From positions 28,187 through 92,186 of the forward strand of contig JBBQEI010000006.1 in the NCBI GenBank assembly GCA_038320545.1: a stretch of 64,000 bases of DNA, written 5' to 3'. Source of the DNA: Bacteroidales bacterium. Lineage in GTDB: Bacteria; Bacteroidota; Bacteroidia; Bacteroidales; JAAUTT01. This document shows, in pieces, positions 58,032 to 64,000 of this stretch. The stretch's first letter is position 1. Each line of letters begins with the position of its first letter. The position numbers and the translations under genes are program-made. The notes under the pieces were generated by a model that saw only the letters and a list, made by a program, of their open reading frames with translations, did no database searches and was not told the origin of the DNA.

Positions 58032-59879
58032 TCATCTTTTCATCTTTATCTCATTATAAATCGCCTGCTGAACTTTTGTTCTGATACTTAACTCCGTAAG
58101 TTTTGTATGGCTGCGGTTGGGGTATACCCGATTCGCCAGCATAATGTAAACCAACTGGTATTTAGGATCGACCCAGAAAAAAGTGCCGGTATAACCCGAA
58201 TGACCAAAACTTTCAGCACTGGCATCGGGCGACGGATAGGAGTCTTTCAAAGTAAGTGTGCTGTTGTTTAACAACGGTTTATCAAAACCCAATCCCCTTC
58301 GGTTGTTATTCTGCGGATATTGTACACGTATAAATTCTTTTAAAGTTTCTTCCTTTAAAAAGCGTTCCCCGCCATAACTGCCCATTTGAAGATACATCTG
58401 AAGGAGTTTAGCCAGATCGTTGGCGGTAGCAAATAAACCGGCATTTCCCGATATTCCACCCAGCACTGCCGAAGCTTCGTCGTGAACCGAACCCTGTAAC
58501 AGCCTTTTACGGAAATAACGATCGTCTTCGGTGGGAACAATCCTGTCGATGGAGAATTTTTGTGTAGGTAAATAAGTGATTGTTCCAGCCCCTAATGGTT
58601 TGTAGAAACAAGAATCCAAATAATGAAGGTAGTTTTCGCCTGAAATGCGACTGATAATTTCAGGAGTCATCACAAAAAACAAGTCGCTGTAAACATATTT
58701 ACCCCGGTCTTTTAGTTTGGAGAGACGAATAGTTTTGTAGACTTTTTTTTTGAAATCGTCTTTGATAAACATTCCCGGAGCAACCATGTGACTGAAGTTC
58801 TCCTCTTCTTCCACCCGGTACCATTTAGTCTTTACTTTCCCATTTTTTTGGGTTTGTTGCCAGAAATTAATAAAAGGTATCAATCCTCCCTGATGTGCCA
58901 AAAGCTCCCTTATTGTTATGTCTTCCTTATTGGAGCGGTGAAATAATCGTTTATCCCAGTCGGGCCAATAGGTTGAAAGATGTTGGTCGAGCTTGATTTT
59001 ACCTTCTTCGTTCAGTTTCATGATAGCAGGCAATGCACTGCTCACTTTTGTAACTGAGGCCAGGTCGTATAAATCGTTTTTACTGGTAGGGATAATATTA
59101 TCGTAGGTGTGGTATCCATAAGTCTTGTGAAATATTACTTTCCCTTCTTTGGCAATCAGAATATTACAACCCGGGAAGGCTTGTTGTTGAATGGCATCGT
59201 TTACAATAGAATCGATGCTAAACATTAATGAAACTGAGTTTATACCCACTGCTTCGGGTACAAAATAGCTCAAACGGATGGGTTGATCAATGAAAAAACC
59301 AAAGCCTGCCGGATATTTGCCTAAAGCCGCTGAAAGTTTACCTTTAGCACCTATCCCGCCAAAAATCATTTGAGCCGCTAACTCCTGACTTAATTCATCG
59401 TTATGATTGGCTAGTATGAGTCCATCAGCCTTTAAATCAACTTCAGTAATAAATGTTGTATCGTTGAATATTGCCACAATGCTTTTTCCCTGAATGGAAT
59501 TTATTAAACTTTTAGCCAAAGGTTGCACATTATGTACCCCCACGATGATAAGATTATAGGCAGTAAGCTGTTTTGAAAGTGCCCATAAAACCGAATCAGG
59601 AGAATTCAATGGAAGATGAAAAAATTTAATGCCAGCATAATTGGCCAGCATCTGCTGAAAAGGTGTAATGGAACCCACTCCCATGGAAACAGCAGCGATA
59701 TGAAGTGTATCTAATTGTTTGACCGGAATCAGATTGTTTTGATTCTCCAGCAATGTGAGATTTTCAATTATTTGGTCACGATTCCATACATAAGATGATT
59801 CCAGATCCTGGCAATCAGCGTTGTGTTTTTGAAATATAAATCCCAAAAACATCACACCAAATAAGAGATGTAACCGCAT
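58032..59879 (-). CDS. secreted serine hydrolase (beta-lactamase family) with about 230-aa N-terminal domain of unclear type
   Basis: 615 aa with a signal peptide. SxxK motif LASVTKV in the C-terminal two-thirds, plus YSD and HSGYTG blocks. Confidence 0.8.
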   Translation of the reverse strand: MRLHLLFGVMFLGFIFQKHNADCQDLESSYVWNRDQIIENLTLLENQNNLIPVKQLDTLHIAAVSMGVGSITPFQQMLANYAGIKFFHLPLNSPDSVLWALSKQLTAYNLIIVGVHNVQPLAKSLINSIQGKSIVAIFNDTTFITEVDLKADGLILANHNDELSQELAAQMIFGGIGAKGKLSAALGKYPAGFGFFIDQPIRLSYFVPEAVGINSVSLMFSIDSIVNDAIQQQAFPGCNILIAKEGKVIFHKTYGYHTYDNIIPTSKNDLYDLASVTKVSSALPAIMKLNEEGKIKLDQHLSTYWPDWDKRLFHRSNKEDITIRELLAHQGGLIPFINFWQQTQKNGKVKTKWYRVEEEENFSHMVAPGMFIKDDFKKKVYKTIRLSKLKDRGKYVYSDLFFVMTPEIISRISGENYLHYLDSCFYKPLGAGTITYLPTQKFSIDRIVPTEDDRYFRKRLLQGSVHDEASAVLGGISGNAGLFATANDLAKLLQMYLQMGSYGGERFLKEETLKEFIRVQYPQNNNRRGLGFDKPLLNNSTLTLKDSYPSPDASAESFGHSGYTGTFFWVDPKYQLVYIMLANRVYPNRSHTKLTELSIRTKVQQAIYNEIKMKR

Positions 59880-59900
59880 AATCCTAAATTTTTATAGCTA

Positions 59901-61034
59901 TTAAACCTTGATAAATATTTTCTTTTTATAAAGTATTAAACAAATGAGCCAGAAAACTAAAATATGCGACAATGCAAATAACAAGGAACCATTGAGTTCG
60001 CCGGCCCATGGCAGAAAAATGTGTTGATAAACCCAGCTGTATCCGTTAATTTCAGTTCCCTCGGGGGCAGTAATTTTTATAAGTCTCGTAAATATTTTAG
60101 CCCATAAACCTGATAAGGCAAAAATAAAGAGCGGGTTCAATCCAAACACCAAAAAGAAAGAAGTCCATTTGGTAAACCCTTTTAAATCAATGATCAGTAT
60201 TAACAGACCTAAAACCAGGCACGCCAAACCGGCGGTATACAAAACATAAGAACCGGTCCACAAAGGCTTGTTGATGGGCAATACAAAATTCCAGATTAAT
60301 CCTGCTGCAATCCCGATTGCTCCCCAAAACCATAACTTCAGATGAACCGATGTTTTTTCGGATTGTCTGATAAGGTCTCCAGCCATATATCCCAGAATTA
60401 CTGTGCCTATCGCAGGAATTGTACTTAAAAGTCCTTCCGGATCGAATGGAATGCCAAAACCTTTATAAAGATGATTGACTCCCAGAATAACACTGTCAAA
60501 AGGGATGGTGGCGTTTCCGGCTAAACTATATGGATCAGCGCTTCCGAAAAAATACAAAATGCCCCAATACACCAATAAAATAGAAGCTGCAATATAAAGT
60601 AGATACTTTTTGGGTGCAGCCAAAACAATGAGTGAACCAATTCCATAAGCAAGTGCAATCCGCTGGAGTACCCCTAATATTCTAAGTTTTGAAAAATCAA
60701 CTGACCATTGTGGAAACGAATTCAGAAAAAGACCAATGGCAAAAATCAACAGAGTACGCTTTCCAATTCTTAATAATGAATTACGGTTTAAATTTGAGTT
60801 ATATTTCGCAAAGGAAAAGAACATTGAAACGCCTGCTATAAAAAGAAAAAAAGGAAAGACCAAATCGGTTGGGGTACAACCATGCCATTTGGAATGCTCC
60901 AAAGGTGAATAAATATGAGCCCAACTACCGGGATTGTTAACCAGAATCATGGCAGCTACCGTAATTCCCCGAAATACATCCAGTGACAGGTAACGTTGCG
61001 AAATTGTAATAGGTTTTGAGCTAGTCATTTTCAC
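59901..61034 (-). CDS. HGSNAT-like membrane acyltransferase (DUF5009/DUF1624)
   Basis: 377 aa. RYLSLDVFRGITVAAMILVNNPGSW N-terminal signature and about 10 TM helices. GTG start (alternative ATG at 61028). Confidence 0.78.
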   Translation of the reverse strand: MKMTSSKPITISQRYLSLDVFRGITVAAMILVNNPGSWAHIYSPLEHSKWHGCTPTDLVFPFFLFIAGVSMFFSFAKYNSNLNRNSLLRIGKRTLLIFAIGLFLNSFPQWSVDFSKLRILGVLQRIALAYGIGSLIVLAAPKKYLLYIAASILLVYWGILYFFGSADPYSLAGNATIPFDSVILGVNHLYKGFGIPFDPEGLLSTIPAIGTVILGYMAGDLIRQSEKTSVHLKLWFWGAIGIAAGLIWNFVLPINKPLWTGSYVLYTAGLACLVLGLLILIIDLKGFTKWTSFFLVFGLNPLFIFALSGLWAKIFTRLIKITAPEGTEINGYSWVYQHIFLPWAGELNGSLLFALSHILVFWLICLILYKKKIFIKV

Positions 61035-61400
61035 TCATTTTAGGTTAAATAGTTGATTATCATGACGCTTAAAAATAAACCGGAACACTTTCGGTGTGCG
61101 TAGGACCTTGATTTCTTTGTCAACAAATTCAGAATAATCTTTAAGTGGTACTCTGTCTTTTTTCGGCAGTTTAAACTTACTATCCTTTCTTTCTCAGAAT
61201 GAATCCAGTTCGCGCTGTAGGAAACTTTTTACTCCTCTGCTTATAAACACAACTAATTGATTGAAATATAACTTCTTATCCCGGGTGAATGCCCATGAAA
61301 AGCCATTGTTTGAACGGCAGCGATATCTTTCATCTTCTATTAATAGGTTTATGTTTGTAATTGTATTTTCACGAAACTCATAATTTGTAAAAATTGATTT
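61035..61400 (-). pseudogene. ORF of unknown family interrupted by an in-frame TGA and lacking a start codon
   Basis: Own translation. 68 open codons (KSIFTNYEFRENT...VKSFLQRELDSF), TGA at 61196-61194, then 52 codons (ERKDSKFKLPKKDRVPLKDYSEFVDKEIKVLRTPKVFRFIFKRHDNQLFNLK). The final TGA abuts the GTG of the next gene. Confidence 0.45.
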
Positions 61401-61421
61401 CTACGATATCAGCTTTAACAA

Positions 61422-61769
61422 TCATCTCACTTTGGCCAGTGCTATACTTGCATTTCCATATTTCACAATTGATTTATCTTTTTTATTGAAGAGATAGAGA
61501 AAGCTTGTTTTACCATTCCAAGGACGTTGTAACAATATATTAAAAGAATTTACCGGTAATATATCGAGCTTTTGATAATTTGCTACATCGGCTTCAAACA
61601 TCTACTTCAATAACCATTTTTAATTTATGACAATAGAGTCAACTATGAACTGCAATAAGGGATGTTGACGACGAAATTTACATAATTCAACTTTCCTGTC
61701 CCTTAATTCTTTACATAAAATCTGTTCAGCGTCAGTTAAATTTTGCCTCAAATATCAAAACTCCTTCAT
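61422..61769 (-). pseudogene. DUF559 (Vsr-like endonuclease domain) pseudogene
   Basis: Own translation. MKEF-TGA-YLRQNLTDAEQILCKELRDRKVELCKFRRQHPLLQFIVD, then a 1-nt frameshift to YCHKLKMVIEVD. This matches the DUF559 pattern LRxNxTxAExxLWxxLRxxxxxxxKFRRQxPxxxxIxDFxCxxxKLxIExDG. The distal part is degraded. Confidence 0.6.
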
Positions 61770-61820
61770 TAAAGCAATCTAGCAAATCCTAATATGGCTT
61801 TGGCTCTATGACAATAAAAC

Positions 61821-63734
61821 TCATCCGTCCCCTTTAGCATCTCCCTTCTCATCAAGGAGAGTGGCCGGAGATGAGGTTTCCGGGGCCGTTGTTTTCTTCC
61901 CAAACTCCGGCTTCACCTTCACAAAAAATACCGGAATAATGCCTGGAATCATGCATAGCATTACCCAAACAAAAAAGTTTTTATAGCCAATCGTCTCCTG
62001 CAACCATCCCGAAAACATACCCGGAATCATCATGCTTAATGCCATAAATCCGGTAGCAATGGCAAAATGGGCTGTTTTATTTTTCCCTTCCGATATGTAA
62101 ATCATGTAAAGCATGTAAGCTGTAAATCCAAATCCATAAGAGAATTGTTCCACTACAACACACAATCCAATAATAAAATAATTTTCGGGTTGCGCATACG
62201 CCATGTAAACATAGGCTATATGAGGAAGGTTAATGGCTAGAACCATCCACCATAACCAATATTTAAAACCTTTGGTAGCAGCAGCTAATCCGCCCAGTAT
62301 ACCACCTGCAGTAAGTGCTAAAATCCCAAAAGTGCCATAAATTAACCCTACTTCGCCGGTGGTGAGCCCAAGTCCTCCAATTTGACGTGGATCGAGCATA
62401 AAGGGAGAAGCCATTTTTAAAAGTTGTGCTTCACCAAAGCGATAAAGTAACAGAAATGAAATGATAACCCAAATTTCCTTTTTCATGAAGAAGGAACCAA
62501 TTGTATGGAAGAAATCATCGGCAAGGTTTTTACTGCTGCGTGCCGGTTTGTCCGACGGAGGATAAGGCAGCATAATCCTGTGATAAAAAGAAAATAAGGC
62601 AAATAAAATTGCCAGGATAATAAAAGTCATACTCCATGCCAGATGTATATTTCCCGATGTTCCTTTAAATATCGCCTCACTGGAGCGATTCAGTTTGGAA
62701 TCGACTTGTAGAATAACATAAGCAGGTTTATCCCAGTTTTCGGAATTAAACGCCAAACGTTCTCCTTCTATCAATTTGATGCTGTTATCCCCTTTCTGAA
62801 ATTTGAGGTTAAGCACCATCTCTTTATTTACCTCTGGCTTTCTCGAAAGTTTTATACCAACAACTGAAATACTTCCGGTTTTTGAATCGAGCGAGGCAGG
62901 TTTCTGATCTGGATTAAATGTTTCCTTCAGAAATCTACCTAATGGGGAGGAAATATTCCTTGTCCACCATGATGTTTTAACCTTATTGTCTGAATTTGAA
63001 AAATTTACATTTCCACTCCGGGTAAATCCGTTTTCTCTGTTGTGTCCGGCTACAATTAGCTTTATGGAATCCAACTTGCTTTTAGCAATATTCTCTGTTG
63101 ATAATTCCGCTTGTTGAGGGAAAACAGCAAAAAATGTTTTGCTTACATTCTCCTGATTTTGTGACATTTCGGGAAGTTTGATCCCGTTCGAAACAGTTGG
63201 GCTGGCCTGAACATTAATTTCAATGGGTGGCAGACCTGTAGTGGTTTCGAAAAAGCCGGCAAGAATAATTAACAATCCCTGGCCTGTGATCATGGCAATA
63301 CGGTAAAAGGTACTTCGTATGCCAACAAAGTAGGTTTGTTGATGCTCATTCAGCCCAAGAAGATAAAATCCGTCAGCAGCAATATCGTGTGTGGCAGAGC
63401 TAAAAGCCAGCAGCCAGAGAAAAATAATGGTAAACTTAAAAAACAGCGGCAGGGGAATAGCCAGTGCTACCCCGCCCAAACCGGCTCCCACTAACAATTG
63501 CATGACAACAATCCACCAGCGTTTTGTTTTCAGCAAATCGACCAAAGGACTCCAGAATGGTTTGATTACCCAGGGAAGATAGAGCCAGCTTGTGTACAAG
63601 GCAATATCGGTATTGGAAATTCCCAGTCGCTTGAACATGATCACAGCAACAGTCATTACCACCACATATGGAATACCTTCTGCAAAATAAAGAGTGGGTA
63701 TCCACAACCAGGGATTTCGGGATGTTTGTTTCAT
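61821..63734 (-). CDS. ampG: MFS transporter, AmpG-type muropeptide permease with about 200-aa insertion
   Basis: 637 aa. N-terminal WLWIPTLYFAEGIPY...KRLG...PWVIKPFWSPLVD and FSSATHDIAADG blocks are typical of AmpG. A non-hydrophobic insert spans about residues 163-364. Confidence 0.75.
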   Translation of the reverse strand: MKQTSRNPWLWIPTLYFAEGIPYVVVMTVAVIMFKRLGISNTDIALYTSWLYLPWVIKPFWSPLVDLLKTKRWWIVVMQLLVGAGLGGVALAIPLPLFFKFTIIFLWLLAFSSATHDIAADGFYLLGLNEHQQTYFVGIRSTFYRIAMITGQGLLIILAGFFETTTGLPPIEINVQASPTVSNGIKLPEMSQNQENVSKTFFAVFPQQAELSTENIAKSKLDSIKLIVAGHNRENGFTRSGNVNFSNSDNKVKTSWWTRNISSPLGRFLKETFNPDQKPASLDSKTGSISVVGIKLSRKPEVNKEMVLNLKFQKGDNSIKLIEGERLAFNSENWDKPAYVILQVDSKLNRSSEAIFKGTSGNIHLAWSMTFIILAILFALFSFYHRIMLPYPPSDKPARSSKNLADDFFHTIGSFFMKKEIWVIISFLLLYRFGEAQLLKMASPFMLDPRQIGGLGLTTGEVGLIYGTFGILALTAGGILGGLAAATKGFKYWLWWMVLAINLPHIAYVYMAYAQPENYFIIGLCVVVEQFSYGFGFTAYMLYMIYISEGKNKTAHFAIATGFMALSMMIPGMFSGWLQETIGYKNFFVWVMLCMIPGIIPVFFVKVKPEFGKKTTAPETSSPATLLDEKGDAKGDG

Positions 63735-63798
63735 ATTTTGTTTTTTTTATCTTTTTCTGATGCTTTGATCAAGATGATGAAATTATAATTAAAAAGTC

Positions 63799-63935
63799 AA
63801 TGTCGTTTAGTTTAGTAATTGAATAATTAATCTACACTTCGACTTCGCTCAGCCTCACCGTTGCAAGTCAATTAATTGTCACATTGAGCGGAGTCGAAAT
63901 GCGATAATTAATTGACTTTTACCACAGCCTCTTTT
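63799..63935. repeat. GC-rich palindromic repeat element, copy 5 (chimera of module sets I and II)
   Basis: AATGTCGTTTAGTTTAGTAATTGAATAATT (set I terminus) + CACTTCGACTTCGCTCAGCCTCAC...AAGTCAATTAATTGTCACATTGAGCGGAGTCGAAAT...AATTGACTTTT..CAGCCTCTTTT (set II modules). Confidence 0.85.
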
Positions 63936-64000
63936 AGGGGCATTTTAGTAATATTCCTTTAACTCCGCACCTTTAAAATAATGATCCAGAATTTCTCGGT

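Noticed and set aside
63945-64000. Possible 3' end of a minus-strand gene at the window edge (...REILDHYFKGAELKEYY* or ...TEKFWIIILKVRS*).
   Set aside because: Only about 18 codons are visible and two frames are open, so neither the frame nor the function can be decided.
1-64000. Window-wide search for mobile or defence hallmarks. Targets were integrase, transposase, reverse transcriptase, Cas, restriction-modification, toxin-antitoxin pairs and tRNA-flanking direct repeats.
   Set aside because: None recognised. The tRNA-Leu 3' end is not duplicated elsewhere in the window. The only selfish-element traces are the non-coding repeats and the DUF559 pseudogene.

Overview
This is a 64-kb chromosomal segment of a low-GC, Bacteroidota-type genome. 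The assignment rests on recurrent TAnnTTTG -7 promoter motifs 20-70 nt upstream of start codons and on families such as DUF5686, NamZ/DUF1343 and an HGSNAT-like acyltransferase. Coding density is high and the content is almost entirely core housekeeping: ribF, ahcY, greA, a HIT protein, ruvC, serS, rplU-rpmA, recQ, tatC, lptB, tRNA-Leu(UAG), tig-clpP-clpX and a complete trpEGDCFBA operon. It also holds a cytoplasmic multi-PAS hybrid histidine kinase apparently co-transcribed with a GT2 synthase and an orphan ABC permease, an orphan anaerobic sulfatase-maturase, an M16 peptidase, and a loose cell-wall-recycling set (NamZ, serine hydrolase, HGSNAT-like acyltransferase, AmpG). I found no rRNA, CRISPR/cas, integrase, transposase, reverse transcriptase, or recognisable defence or toxin island. 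I therefore cannot honestly nominate a novel multi-gene protein system. The unusual signal is mostly non-coding. (1) An unannotated 18-codon leader ORF with four consecutive Trp codons, followed by an intrinsic terminator, lies in front of trpE (a classical-style attenuator). (2) A dense, modular family of GC-rich palindromic repeats has five copies; one sits inside the trp operon and supplies the trpB stop codon. (3) A perfectly phased 11 x 21-bp tandem array lies directly after trpA, followed by a diverged second copy of the trpA 3' end. (4) Several short-period (7, 14, 21 nt) word arrays fill 3' intergenic spacers. (5) A roughly 780-bp gene-decay zone holds a DUF559 pseudogene and an ORF interrupted by an in-frame TGA. 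(6) The AmpG-type permease carries a roughly 200-aa insertion. Several ORF-track starts are over-extended (greA, serS, tig, trpE, trpG, trpA and others) and are corrected below. All family calls come from motif recognition by eye; no database search was possible.
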